Positions 25,801 through 40,800 of a DNA stretch of 64,000 bases are shown here, piece by piece; position 1 is the first letter of the stretch, and each line of letters begins with the position of its first letter. Both the position numbers and the translations under genes were made by a program. This DNA is from Dipteris shenzhenensis (Eukaryota): assembly GCA_047967505.1 (NCBI GenBank), contig CM106538.1. The stretch is one strand, 5' to 3'. The notes beneath the pieces were generated by a model that worked only from the letters and a program-made list of their open reading frames with translations, was not told where the DNA came from and did not search any database.

Positions 25801-28800
25801 ATGGAAAGACTCACAATGATAAAGCTTGATGTGGAATCCTTGATGTGACACACAAGTATAATCATATATAGGATAGACACACACTAGAATACCAAAGTGT
25901 ATATGGGATATCTCCCAATATGACACGTGGCACTCACACATAAGACTCTACTAGAACTCCTAGTAGAACACACTAAAACACACTCAACCTGACTTCATTT
26001 TCTAACACCCCCCCATGAAGGAAAGGTGAGGGACAACTGGACTAGAATCAAGAACAGAACATGACAATGACGGACTACTAATATGTGCACCCCAAGTAAC
26101 TCAGAGGCTAAAGTCTGATAATGTTCAGAGATTGATCCAAGAACTCTCATGGCTTGAGACACAACATGACTCAGAGGATCATGTCTTAGCATGGCTACAT
26201 GACCCGCTCATAGGTCTAGGAATACACCACCATCCTAGAACTCGGACAGACCTTATAAATAAACCCTATCAAAGTCAATACATGGCTCCCACAATAGATC
26301 CCCCTCGTGGCTCCAAAACAGGGTGACATGGAGCCACACACCATAGATAGCAAAACATCATTTTAGAAGGACTATCCAAGGCTGAAAATCTTTATTGATT
26401 ACAAGAGATTATTACATTCAATTGTTGGGGGACTATCAGGGTAGAGTACCCATATACACCAAGCTCAGGGACATATTAAGAAGACATATTCATCATCCTC
26501 ATCTACCTCCTGAGGGAAGGATAGATTTCTTTTCTTTTTTTTTTTTTCCAAGAAAAAGACTTCTATTAAGTAAGAAAAAAAACCCGCGAGAGCAAGCTCA
26601 AAGCGGAATACATCATGAAATCATGAGGATAAATAAAAAACCCCCTCAGAGTGAGGTGGAAAACAACCAAGGCTGAGGCTGAAAGTGCCATCTCAACCCT
26701 GTAGTAGTTTCAGAGAAGAAAGGAGAATCCTTCCATTCCCTGAAGAAAGAAGCCCTCCTAGCTGAGGCTGCACAGGAGTCCCCCTGCATACCCGTCCATA
26801 TGGCCATCAAAGTATGTACAATGTCTGTCCAGATACTAGCCAATGTGTGCGAGGGATGAACCTGAGTACCCTCCAAAGCCTTTGTGCATCTGGCTCTCCA
26901 GATATGCCAGGATGCTATGCTCGCTAGAATCTCCCAAGAAGTATCCACAGAGACATGTACAGCTGTAAAAGGAAGGTGTGGTACCACATCCAACGAACAG
27001 GACTCAATCCGATGACGTCGAACCGAAATGGCCCGAGAGGAGTCAACTCCCTCATAGAAAACCTGAGGTCCTATAAGAGAGAGCCAAGCCACCGAGCCCC
27101 ATGTCATAAAAAGTGGGGAATGGTTAAAGTGACTGAAAATCCTGGCTACCCCCATCCAAATCAACCTCGCCTGTCTGCAATCCCATAAGCAATGCTAAAT
27201 AGACTCCGAAGCAAAAAGGCATCGAGGGCATGTAGGGTCGGCTCCGAACCTGGACCTCCAAAGGTTCACTGCAATTCCTCCATGGATAGAAAGCCAAAAG
27301 AAGATAGTGATCTTTCTATTCCTATGGGATTTCCAGAGCCTCCTCCAGAAGCACCTCTGCTGATCCGCAGTAATACCAAAAGTCTCCCAATGAGGAACTC
27401 TGGAGGGTCTCCAACCTCTACTACTGAGCTAAAATCTCCTGGCATTACTGACCGTGTAACGAAAGAAGGGGATGCTCTTCTCTCGATGCCCTGCGTCAAT
27501 CCACTCCCACTCTTCGGGGTCCCACTGCAAATACCTGATGGGAACTCCCCCATAGAGCCAGAGCCTCCAAGACCCGGTGGAGAGTAGCCGGGGGTCTGGG
27601 TCTAGGAACCACTCTGAATCTGATCCCTGCATCAAAAGACCTACAACCCTGATAGGCTGAAAAGCAGACTCAAGCAAGATGTCCTCTGTGGACCTGAGCA
27701 ATCTGCCACCATCCTGGACACTAAAAACCAAAGCATCCTCCTGTGCGTCTCGGAAGGCCAAAACCTGAAGCGGAACCCCGCCTCTCGAAAAAGTACCTGC
27801 CCAAGTGGAGGAAGTGAGTGGCATATCATCTGTGTCTACCCAAACCTCTAGAAGGGCTGCCTCAATATGCAAGATCCTCCCTGCACTCCCTCTGAGATGT
27901 CCTGTCAACCTTGATTTGGTCTCCTCTGGAAGCCTGCGGAAAGCTTTCCAAGACCCCATAGAAGAAGCAGGTCCCCTCTCCCACCTGGACCACTGCATGT
28001 AGAGTGAGGCACCCAGTGGTCTGCCATGATCATCTAAAATATTGTCATTCCACATGATGGGTTGCCTATCAATCTCTTCCCAAGAGGAAGGAGGAATCCT
28101 CCGAAGAGTGCTTCTGAAACTGGCCCAAGCTTTCAGAATGGCAACCATGAGAGGGGACGAAGATGACCTGAGGTGTGCTGTGGTGAAGATCCATCTAACA
28201 CTGCTCATCCAGTCTCCTCCTGAAGAAGGTGTGCACCTCTGTATGCTGCTGATAAGAAAGTCCTTCCACGGTTCCTGCCCTGGCATAAGTCCCCGCACCA
28301 CCATCTTGCAAAGTAAAGCTCTGCACTGTAAATCTGGATCAATAATATTGAGACCCCCATCCTGTGTAGGGAGGATGAGGGTCTCCCAAGCCACCCTGGC
28401 TAAGGCATCTGCTATGCCATCAAGCCCACTCCAGAGAAAGTTTCTAATCGGTCTTCTGAGCTGAATGATGCAGTCCCTAGAACGGCACCAACATGAACAA
28501 ACAAACCAGGCTGTGGCCAAGAGGACCTGGTTGACCACCACAACTCTAGAGGCAAGATCCAGCTTGGCTGAGCTCCAAAAAAGAAGCTTCCTTCTGATGC
28601 TCTCCAAAACGGGAGCAAACTGCTGCGTGGTAGAAATATCCAAGCCGACGTGGCAGGCCAAATACCTGATAGGCACACCCCTCTGAACCCAAGTGAATCC
28701 TATGTCAAGCCCCCAAACTGGAGTGTCCTCATCATTGATCCAAAAGCCATTGGATTTATGCCAATTTATCTGCGCCCCTGCTGCCAAGCAAAATAAATCC

Positions 28801-31800
28801 AATGCTGTCCTGAAAGAAGTGAGCGTCTGTGGAGTGGCATACAAGTAAACTGCTGTGTCATCAGCCAACTCATTGTCAAGTAGCTCCTCTTCCCTTTTGA
28901 TGGGAAGTCTCAGCCCAAAGATGTCAGCTTGAGATCTAACATAGATACTCATAGCTTCGGCCACGAACAAAAAAAGGAAAGGAGCAAGGGGGCATCCCTG
29001 ACGGACTGATCTCGAAATCTGAAATCTCTCACCCCTTACCCCACCAATAAGTACCTGGCTGTGGGCTGATCTGTACAAAGAGGAAACACCTCTGATCCAA
29101 GCATCAGTAAAGCCAAAGCGTAGAAGGGTGCCCTCCAAAAAACCCCAATCTACTCAGTCATAAGCTTTTTCAAAATCCAAAAGTAGAATGGCAAGATTCT
29201 GGCCACTCTGCATGGCCCACTCTGAAGCTTTCCAGAAAGAAAAAATGTTATAAAAAATGCTTCTGCCATGCACAAATCCCGTCTGAGTGTCATGAATGAG
29301 ATCAGGGAGAAGTGGCTGCAAACGGAGGCTGATAGCCTTGGCCAGAATCTTGTAACAAGTCCCCAGAAGTGTGATAGGCCTCCACTGGGACACTAAATTT
29401 CTGCTACCTCCTTTTGGGATAAGGTGGATGAGACCCTCTGTAAGCGACCCAGGCATCTCGCCAGAGTCCCAAATGGCCTGCAGGGCTGAAGTAATATAGT
29501 CTCCAATCATATCCCAAAATGCAATGAAAAAAGACGGGGTAAGGCCATCTGAACCTGGGCACTTGCCCTTGTGAAGGGCTGAAAGTGCAGTCCTGAACTC
29601 TGTGTTGGTGAAAGGTGCGTCGAGTAGAACATGCATACCCGGATTCACCAACACAGGGATACTCTGCCAAATAGCGTGTCTAGCATCCTCTCTATCGTGT
29701 GTCTCAGGATCAGTAGTAAGAAGGGTGGCATAGAAATCTAAAGCTATGCGTAAGACATCATCAGGCTCTGTCTGTAAAACCCCATGTGAGTCAATAAGCT
29801 AGGATACACTCTCTCTACTATGTCTAGGGCCAAGAGTAGAGAAAAAGTGTTTATTGACTCTACCACCCATCTGAATCCAGAAGGACTCCCGTGCATGAAA
29901 GACATACTCTGCTCTCTGATCAAGCAATAACTGCAGATGAGCCCTCGCTGCAGCAAGGCGCTCCTGAATCCAAGCATCTGAAGGCCGTTTCTGCTCTTCC
30001 CTCTGCAAAGCTGCCAACTGCTGGCGAACACCAATCTCACGTCTGAGAATATCTTGTCTCCTGGTACAAGCAACTGAGCGGTAGAAGTCGCTAATACCAG
30101 AAAGGGCAGCGGCTACATGTGATGGATATGGCTGCCCACCCTGGACATGAACAAACCATATCTGCAGGGCTGCCTCTGTAAGGTCCTCCTCTGTGTAAAA
30201 GGCATCTGGAATCCTAATGCCGGCAGACCGGCCTCTCAAGTGAGGCTCTGAGATAGCCAGCACAACAGGGAAGTGGTCTGAAGTGGAAACCCCAGCAGCA
30301 GTGCAAACCGATCCACCTCTGTCTAGTGCCCAGTCATCTACATAGAATCTGTCAATGCGTGCATGAATAGGCATCTGTTGCCACCTGTTCGACCAAGAGA
30401 ACAGGAGGGACTGTTGCTGAATAAGAAAGGCATCATCACACTAAGTATCTCTGCCACAGAAATGAAAAAGGAAGGCATCCCAAGCTGCTCTCTCCAAAGA
30501 GTGAAGTCCCTTCTCTACCCCCTTTTTTGTCTGAAGGTAACTCAACCATGTTAAAGTCACCTCCAATCACCCATGAATCCACAATGGGGGCCCAGGAGAG
30601 CAAAGTCTTCCACATAAGGACAGGTTCCCCTCTAATGTTGGAGGCATATAGGTTAAGGAAACCAACCTTACGCCCTCCAATCAAAAGAATAATCCACTGA
30701 GCTCTAGAGGGAATGATGACTCCGTGCCCAACAACTAAGGGGAGAACCAACTGCAAAACTAAAATAGAAGTGCCCCCCCTGGTGCCCAAGGCAGGCGACC
30801 AAAAAGTATGGCCAGAAAGCAACTTGCCTGATTTGGCACAATCTCTAGAATCCAACTTGTGCTCTTGAATAAATAATATATCAATGGAACCCCCAGTAAC
30901 ACCTGGATGAAGCTGATCCCGGATCAGCTGTCTACGGCAGCGATGTGGGATGCCACCTAGGCCCTATATGTTCCAACTAATAATCCTCATCGACGGGATG
31001 ATGTAGAGTGGAACACCTTACCCGACCTAGTCGCAGAAACAAACCCCTCAACAGGGGAAGACCTCCTGCTCGAGGAGGGAGGGATGGAACCAAGTGGTGG
31101 AAAATCACCAGGGAAAAGAATCCTGGCACCTGAAGAAGAAGCCCTGTCAACAGGAAACCCAATCACTGGCTCCCCAAAAGTAGCGGGCACAAACTCCTCC
31201 TCTGGGAAATCTGAACCCTCTGCCAAGGCTGAAAACGAGTTCCTGTGGAGCAAGCCAGACACCGGAGTGCGAAGGATCCCTTGTGAGGGAAGAGGATCAA
31301 TAGTGTAAGCTATCCCCTTCCCCCTATCCAAGGGAGGAAGTGAGGAATGCTCTCTATCCTGTGTCTGCCCAGCCGCGGAGACCTCTCCTGCCTCAAGAAG
31401 AGCATCTGGCACCACTGGATCTAGGGAAGAAGCTGCAACCGGGGAGGAGGTCGAAGCTTCAGCATCTCGGACTGTGCATGGTGAGACTGGAGGGACAGCT
31501 CGAGGTGAAGCAGAGTCCACTAAAGTACCCTCGTGAATTGAAGGAGGGATCTGCACACGTACCGAAACCCACTGGAGAGCGTCGCGTGTTCCTAAGGTAG
31601 GTGGGGGTCGAGGAGCAGGTGAAGGACCTGTACCACCCCCTTATCGAGGCCGAGGAGCAGGTGCTGGACCTGTACCACCACCAGTCTGAGGAGGACCGCC
31701 ATGCGAAGGTCGAGGAGCAGGAGCTGGACCTGTACCACCCCTCTGTCGAGGTCGAGGAGCAAGTGCTGGACCTATAAAACCCCCCTGTCCCCCCTGTCGA

Positions 31801-34800
31801 GGCCATGGGGCGGTAGCTGTACCAGAGGGCTTCTTGGGCCTTTTCTTCTTCCTGGGGCAATCCCTGGCAAAGTGTCCAGAGGTCCTGCAAATCCTGCACT
31901 GGTCCTGTCTGCCTGAAATCTGTACTCTTTGGCGAAAAAAGGAACCATCCGGGTGCTGGATCATAACGTGATCCATCTTGAGGTTAGGATCCTTGCAAAG
32001 GACCCTAACTCTAGGAACCCCATCAGCCTTGGTTGCCTCTGTTGCAGTCAATGGCAACCTAGGGAGGGGTGGGATCTCAGCAACTACGCCAAAATGCTCC
32101 CCAATAACAGAAAGAAGTCGATGGTAAACCTGGGGAAGCCCGAGGAATCTGATGAAGAGCGAGAAGATTTTCTTATCTGCCTCCACTGGGTCGAAACCAA
32201 TATGAAAGGCTTCAAAGAAGATCTTCCTGTGTCCCAGGTATAAAAACTTGAGCACAGTGCTCGCAGCCTCTGGAGTGTCAAAAACAACCTGGAAAAAACC
32301 TCGTCCCAGAAGACGAACATCTAACAATCGTGGAGTGAGGTCTGGGGGGAGAGCCGCAAGCATCCAGTCTCTGGCTTGGGATCTGGAGGGGTGAGACCTG
32401 AAGATGCGTGCTAGCAACGTGGTAGAGCATTCAATCTCTACATCCTTCTTGAGCTACTGCAACTCGTCTTTAGAAAAGGTAATAGTTTTTGCGGCCGGTG
32501 GAGGTGGAGTAGGATTGGCTGACGGAGTATCCATCGCCAATCGAGGAGGCCGACTCTAACAAATTAAAGGCTCCTTCCGCTCCAAAAAAAGCTGCACGAG
32601 AAAATGGGGGCAGAAGAAAGGGAAAGGAGGCGAGGAGGGAGCAGGGGGAAGGGGAAAGAAGGGGAGGGTTGAAGGGGAGAGGCTGAGAGGCTAAAGGGGA
32701 AAGGGGCAGGCTGAGAGGGAGGGAGGGGGCAGGCTAGGAATAGGAAAGGGAGAGGAAGGAGAAGCTGGAAGGGGGCGGGCTGGGAGGGGGAGGGCTGAGA
32801 GGGAGAGGAGAGGAAGGAGAGGGAGAGGTAGAGGAAGGAGAGGGAGAGGAGGGAGAGGGAGGGGGCAAGGCAGGCTGTGAGGGGGAGGAGAGGGAGCGGG
32901 GAGTGAAGGGAAGGGGGAGGAGAGGGAGAGGAGGGGGCGGGCTGAGAGGCAGAGAGGGGGCAGAGAGGCAGAGAGGGGGCGGGGGAGCAAGCAGGGAGGG
33001 GGCGGAGAGGCAGGGAGGGGGCGGGGGAGCAGGGGGCAGGCTGAGAGGCAGGGAGGGGGGCGGGGGAGCAGCAGGCAGGGAGGGGGCGGAGAGGAAGGGA
33101 GGGGGCGGGGGGGCAGGCTGAGAGGCAGGGAGAGGGCGAAGAGGCAGAGGGGGCAGGGGAGCAGGCAAGGAGGGGGCGGAACAGCAGGAAGGGGGCGAGG
33201 GAGCAGGCAGGGGGAGGGGGCGGAACAGCAGGCAGGGGGAGGGGGCGGAACAGCAGGTAGGGGGAGGGGGCGGAACAGCAAGGAGGGGGCGAGGGAGCAG
33301 GCAGGGGGAGGGGGCGGGGGAGCAGGCTGAGAGGAGAGAGGGAGGGACGGGCTGAGGGAGAGGGTGCAGCAAGGGAGCGGGGAGGAGCAGTAGCTCGCAG
33401 ATACATGACAGTAAGTGGGGATAGATTTCAGAGATGAGCAGTGAGAGAAAAAGTGGGTGTCGAAGTGTCATCTTCAAGTTAGCATGCTCCTTGGATTGTT
33501 GTTTGGCGAGCTTCTAGAAACAACGGTCCTCTGTATGGCCAAGCTTCTTACAATACATACATTTTAAAGATTGAATGGATTCTTATCCTTGGAATATAAT
33601 GCCTGCCCCTCACATTCTTGTGCCTTCGTTCATGATCGAGAAGCATTGCAACCATTTCATCAAAGGACATATCTTGTGTTACATGAAGCGTTGGTATGAT
33701 ATCACGATACTGAGGAATATCCTCAATGCTGGAAAGGAGGACAACCATCAGATCATCTTCCTCAATAGGGACCTTCAAAGAAGCAAGTCGGGTGATGAGG
33801 GATTCCATATGATTCAAGTGAGCAATAAGAGAATCTTCATGCTTCATGTGGAGCTTAAAGAATTTCTGTCTGAGAAACACTTTGGAGTTGATAATTTTGT
33901 TGCCAAATAAGCGCTCTAGCTTGTTCCACAATTCATGTGCGGTGTCATCAAAATCCAAGTGATGAATAACGTCATCAGACAAACCCAAACCAATGATAGA
34001 AAGACCTTTGCCATTGAGAGTTTCCCATGCTAGAATTTTCTTCTCATCAGATTCAGGTTTCTTTTCTTTGCCACTAACCACCTTCCACACACCTTCCTTC
34101 ATAAGCTAAAGCCTCAGCTTGGTTTGCCAAGTTGGAAAATTCTTACTAGAAAACTTTTCAATGACAATTCCCGCTTTGGAATACCCCATGTTTGCTTCAA
34201 ATAATGTAGCAATACGAGCTGAAGTGCGAGATTGGAGCAAAGGCTAGAATAATCTGGGATGTAGCAGCAACTTAGCTTGTAGTCGGGGCAGGAAGAGGCA
34301 TCGAACCAGCTGGAACAGCGTAGGTAGTAGCTCATGTTGCAGTTTGGGCATTCTTGAGGCGTGAATACAGCAACAGCAACACTCTTCAAGTAGGTCATCT
34401 TTTCACAAATGGGATCCAAATGAGGTCATTTTTAGGGAAACCAAGTAGAAATGTCTCCACAACAGTAAGCAACTATTTCCCTCACAAAAACGCCCCCAAA
34501 ACAACAAAAACGAGATGTCTTTCAGCAAAAAATGGGCTGCTTTTGAGCAAAAAAACGAGCTGTCTTTTCCTCTACAAAGAAGCCCACTAATGCCCACGCG
34601 AATGATGACCAAGTTGCTCCAAATCTAAGCAATATTTGCAGCAAATTCGAGGTTGATAGTCGCAGCAGAAATCCGCAGCAAATCATGTAGCAGCTTCACA
34701 AAAACAACTCCAAAGTTGATGTAGATCAGTAGCTCATGGAGGGGCTAAGGGTGAAGGAAGAAGGACTGCTTTCCAAGAGGAAAGAGGGAGAGTAGCTCCT

Positions 34801-37800
34801 CTTTCTAGGCCTCCCTCACCTCAATCCCTTGGAAGAGCAAGGAGCAAGAGGGAAAAGACTAGGAGAAGGAAGGATGGAGGAAGAAAGAAAGGGAGGAGGG
34901 AGGATGGCTCTAATACCACATGAAGGAACATGGTGGAGAGGGAGAGGAAGAGAGAGAGGGTACGCTAGGGAGAGAGAAGATAATACTCAAATGGAAACAT
35001 AATGAAAGTGAAAGGAAATGGAAATGAGCAATAGACCAAAATGGAAAGACTCACATTGATAAAGCTTGATGTAGATTCCTTGATGTGTGTTGATGTGACA
35101 CACACATACAATCATATATAGGATAGACACACACTAGAATACCAAAGTGTTTATGGGATATCTCCCAATATGACACGTGGCACTCACACATAAGACTCTA
35201 CTAGAGCTCCTAGTAGAACACACTAAAACACACTCAACTTGGCTTCATTTTCTAACACCCGGGGCCCCACTATAAGAACTTTGTGGACACACCTCCATAG
35301 AGTCACAATCTCTATGAACCCACGGCAATAAGAAGCAGTTCAGGATCAAGGTACCACTGTGAGTCAGATTCCTGCTCCACAAAACCTAAAATCCTCACAG
35401 GCTGAAAAGGAAACTCCAACAAAATGTCATGTGGATGTGGATAGCCTGTCTTCTGAGTGGACATCAAAGACAAGGGCATCCTCAATTACACGTCGAAGGG
35501 CAATAACTTGGAAAGGAATGACCACTCTCCAAAAATCCCCTTGATCGGCGTTGCTCCTCTATTCTCTTTGATCTTCGAGGTCCATCGGGTTGTGGACTTT
35601 CTTGCATAGATTTTGGGTCCTGATCATCAAAGAGCTGCTACACCCACCTTGGTTGTGGCTTTCGTTGTGGTGTGATTGGTGCAACAGGCTGGATTTCTTG
35701 GTCCTCACTATCAGAGAACACCTCCTCCTTAATACTTTATTCATACTTTTGGGTCGGCAAATGGCGAGTTATTTCTTCAGTTGATGATGAAGTGGCTAGA
35801 GTTGTATCCACCACTGAGTGTGGTCGTTCAACAAATACCATATCTCGGCTTACAATGATCTGCTTTGTCTCTACATCATAGAGTCGATAGGCCTTTGACT
35901 CCATGCTATATCCCAAGAAGATACATTTCCTGCTCTTGGCATCTAGTTTGGTTCTTACTGCATCTGGAATGTGTGCATAACAGTCACATCCAAATGTATG
36001 GAAATGAGAAATTGAAGGTTTCTTACCCGAGTATGCCTCTTGTGAAGTCACCCCTTTGAGAGCCTTTGTATAGCACCGATTGAGAATATAGACAGCTGTA
36101 TTTATTGCCTCAGCCCAGAATGTGTTGGGAAGCCCTTTTGCCTTCAACATGCAACGTCCCATCTCTACAAGTGTTCGGTTCCAATGTTCTACAATAGGAT
36201 TTTATTGAGGAGTATGGGGAGCAGTAAGTTGCCTCTTAATGCCATGTTCATTGCAATAATTGTTAAATTCCTTTGACGTGAACTCTCCTCCTCGATCGGT
36301 GTGAAACTTCTTGACCTTTCCTGTTTCATTTTCTACAAGCTTGTGCGACAATTTAAACTTTTCAAGAGCTTGAGCCTTATCTCGAAGGAAATACACCCAC
36401 ATCTTTCTACTATAATCGTTGACTATCAACATAAAGTAGAGAGATCCACCCAAAGCAGTAGTAGACATCTTACCACAGAGATCAGCATGTACCAGCTGTA
36501 GAGGTGCCTTTGCTCGATTTCTGGTCTCTTGTGGAAATGGCTTCCTTGCTTGCTTGCCCATCAAACAAGCTTCACATGGCTCCCAATTATTTGTCATTGT
36601 TGCAAGCAAATGTGCAACCATCCCTTTCTTTTGCATTTCCTTTAGCACAACATAGCCGATGTGGCCACACTTGTGACGATGGCGCAAAGTGCATCAGCAT
36701 TGTGCGGCTTCCATGCTCGAAGAAGAGTAGCATCAGGAGGAATTATGTTGCTGGGATTTGCAGGATCGGCAATGCCAACTGGTTCTAGATCACTCCCGAG
36801 AATGGTCTCCAGCACCTCATATGAGTCTAGAATTGCACTTATTTTGAACTTCGAAAGAGTGTAGTTTGTACCATCAAGTTTGCCTTCCGTGAAGGTGGGT
36901 GGTCAAATCCGAATCGTTGGAGCAAGAGCAGCAGCAGCATCAACAACAGATACTCCAGAATTTCCAGTAGCAGCAGCAACCATCAGACTAAAGCTTTATT
37001 GCAATGGAGTTTCTTGCACTATCGCTGCTCAAAGCACCTAGTGCTCTGATACCATGTAGAAATATGATGCAGCAGAGAGATCTTTTGACAACAACGATAG
37101 TACAATAACAAGAGGATAGGCACAATAGAGCTGAATAAAAATTTTGTATAAAATACAATTGATGGTGCTGTCCACCCGTGCGCTCTCCAGTCCTTCTCCA
37201 GTATAGCTTCGATGGCGATCTAGACAGACTCTGGATGGAGAAGGACTAGAGGTAGGGGTATTGGCATTCGATGTTGAGGCTTGAGAAGTGGCCTCCTTAT
37301 ACAACCCTTCGTAGCAGACCAATTCCACCACAATGGTGGGATGGCGGTGGCACATGCATATTGACTTAGCACAGTGCGTGACTAAGTGTGAGGACAGTGG
37401 CACATGTTTGCTTGACTTTCACCACTGACCAAAGACCATTGACCACCGACCACCGATCACGCGCACGAGGGCAAATTCACACGTGAATGATTGTGCGCAT
37501 GTAACAGAGGGCATACTGTCGTGGGCCAAGGCCCACCGATAGGCCTCGGACCCCGTCGTTGGAGGTGTTGCCCCCACACCTCCATCGGGGGCGCTGCCCC
37601 TAAACCCCCACTAGGGGCGTTGCCCACAGACCCCGAGGATCGAGGGCGTTGCCTCTGAACACTCGAGGAGTACATTGATCCTTCTACCATCTCCTAACCA
37701 TCAAATGGTCACCATGAGACCTCATCTAGTGTCAAAACTAGGATCCTACCAATGTCCAGTGCTCACATTGGTGGTTACATATGAAAGGTGGGGATTGCAC

Positions 37801-40800
37801 ATATACCAACATCCACATGACAGGTTGCCTATCAATCTCTTCCCGAGAGGAAGGGGGAACTCTTCGAAGATTACTGGTCCAAGCTTTCAAGATAGCAGCC
37901 ATAAGAGGGAAAGAAGAAGACCTAAGATTGGCTAAAGTAAAGATCCATTTGGTGCTGCCTGCCCAATCTTCTCCTGATGATGGTGTACACAAGTGAATGC
38001 ATTGAATGAAGAATTGCTTCCACGGTTCTTGCCCTGGCAAAAGTCCCCTCATCACCACCTTGCAGAGTAAGTCTCTGCACTACAAGTCCAATCAATAATG
38101 TTAAGACCCACCTTCTCGAATGGGAAGAATAACTGTATCCCAAGCCACCCTGGCTATAATATCGATCGTGCCATCAAGTCCACTCCAAAGAAAGGTCCTT
38201 ATAGACCTCTTAAGTTGAGTGATACAATCTCCAGCATGGCTCCAACAAGAGAAAACAAATCAAGCTATGACCGGATTGACAACCACCACCCTGAATGCTA
38301 AGTCAAGTCTGGCTAGACTCCAAAAAAGGAGTTTCCTCTTGTTGCTCTCCAACACAGGAGCAAATAGCTGCAAAGGAGAGATACCCAAGATGACTTGGCA
38401 TCCCAAACACCTGATGGGAACAGCTCTCTAGACCCAAGTGAAACCAATATTCATCCCCCAGTCAGGAGTGTCCTCATCACAGACCCATAAACCATTGGTT
38501 TTATTCCATCGTACATAATAAATCCAAAGCTGTCCTGAAAGCAGAGAGCATCAGTGGCATCCAAAAAAATATATGTATCATCAGCCAACTCACTATCTAG
38601 AAACTCTTCTTCTCGTCTGATGGGAAGTCTCAGCCCAAGAATGTCAACTTGAGATCTAAGAAAGATGCTCATAGCTTTAGCCACAAACATAAAAAGAAAA
38701 GGGGCTAGAGGGCATCCCTGCCGGCAGACTGATCTAGAAATCTAAAATCTCTCTCCTCGAACTCCACCAATAAGTACATGGCTATGGGCCGATTTGTACA
38801 GAGAGGAAACCCCTCTGATCCAAGCATCTGTAAATCCAAAAGAGTGAATAGTGCCTTCAAGCAAATCCCAATCTACGCTATCGTATGCTTCTCAAAGTCT
38901 AGGAGTAGAATGGCAAGCCTCTGGTTGCTCTACATATCTCACTCAAAAGCCTCCCAAAATGTGAAATTGTTATAAAAGATGCATCTTCCATGCACAAAAC
39001 CAGTCTATGTGTCAAGAATAAGATCTGGAAGAATGGGATGCAAACACCAACTAATGGCTTCAGTAGGATTTTGTAGAAAGTTCCCAAAAGTGTGATAGGT
39101 CATAGGGACACCAAATTTCTACACTCCTTTTGGGATGAGATGGATGAGACCCATTGTGAGTCAGGCATCTCACCCGATCCCAAATTCTTGCAGGGTTCAT
39201 CTGCATATCCCAAAATGTGATGAAGGAGGGTGAAACCCGGTCTGAGCCTATGAGGGGCAACAAGCATAGTCCTGACCTCTATGTTGGTGAATAGTGCATC
39301 AAGTGAGGCTTGCATATTTGGTTTCACCAACACAGGAATACACTGCCATGTAGCATATCTAGCATCATCTGTAGCCTGTGTACCAGGATCCGCTATGAGA
39401 AGGGAGACATAAAAGTATGTAGCTATGCACATAACGGCATCAAGATATGTCTGCAAAACCTCGTCCGAGTCAATGAACTGTGGAACACTCTCCCTACTAT
39501 GCCTAGGGCCATGAGTAGTGAAGAAATGTTTATTGACTCTACCTCCCATCTCAGTCCAAAATGACGCGCGTGCGTGAAATGCATACTAAGCTCTCTGAGA
39601 AAATATGTTGATGAGCTCTTGTTGCAGCAAGGCGCTCATGTATCCAAGCATTTGTAGGCCATTTCTTCTCTTCCCTTTGTAAAGCAACCAATTGCTAGCG
39701 AACACCTCTCTCTCATCTGAGAATCTTACATCTTGTGGTACTAGCAATTGAATGAGAAAAGGCACTAATGCCAAACAAGGCCGCAGCCACATCTGGGGGA
39801 GGTCACTCCACCCTACACATGAGATACCCAAATCTACAAAGCTGCCTCTATGAGGTTCTCCTCTACATAAAAAGGCATATGGAATCCTAATACTCGCAGA
39901 ACGTCCTCTCAAATGTGGCTCCGAAATCATCAACACAGCCAAAAAGTGATCTGAGGTGGAAACCCCATGAGAACTGCATATTGATCCACCCTATCCAGAG
40001 CCCAATCATCAACATAAACCTGTCAATCCATGCATGGATCTGCGGCCTCCTGTTGGACTACCAAAATAGGAGTAACTGTGATTGAGTGTGAAAGGCATCA
40101 TCAATCCAATCCCAAGCTACTCTCTCGAATGACTGGATGCCACCCTCTTTGCCCCCTTTCTTATTTGAAGGCAACTCCACCAAGTTGACTCACCTCCAAG
40201 GACCCAAGAATCTGCAATGGCGCAATCCAATCCCAAGCTACTGTCTCGAATGACTGGATGCCACCCTCTTTGCCCCCTTTCTTATTTGAAGGCAACTCCA
40301 CTAAGTTGACTCACCTTCAAGGACCCAAGAATCTGCAATGGCGGACCAAGAGAGAAAATCCTTCCAAAAGAGGACACCATCCCTCTATTGTCTGGTGTGT
40401 AAAGGTTGAGAAGGCGAACCTTACGTCCCCTAGTCAAAAGAAGTATCCATTGAGCTCTAGAGTGTAAGATACTAGAAACACCACCTAGAGACCTAGTACA
40501 CTCCAAATAACTCACACTTTGACTTCATATTCTAACACCTAACAGGTTGCAACACAACTAGTAGTTCTAGGAGGCCTCTAACTCCTAGCTAGGCTGAACC
40601 CTTATCCCATTCGGGGGTAGTTTAGCCCGGGGTAGCAGCAGACATGGCCAGCAAGGAATGGCCAAGCCTCTCCTCGAAATCCTGGTGACCAACAACCAGG
40701 GGAAAAATAGAACCTGAAATGGAAATGTAGGTACCTCCCCTAGTGCCCAAAGCAAATGATTAGAAAGTGTGACCTGAAAGAAATTTACCTGACTTTGTGC

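Larger units (their letters stand above)
25681..35257 (-). mobile_element. Gag-only LTR retrotransposon (TR-GAG-like), interrupted by an L1
   Basis: LTRs 34921-35257 and 25681-26007; PBS 34906-34918 (1 mismatch); PPT from 26008; TSD CCCAG/CCCGG; copia-type gag at 34102-33548. No pol in the ~2 kb interior. Confidence 0.88.

Noticed and set aside
32564-33477. Pro/Leu/Ser-rich ORFs of 196-280 aa
   Set aside because: Artefacts of the C-rich low-complexity L1 5' UTR; several frames are open at once.
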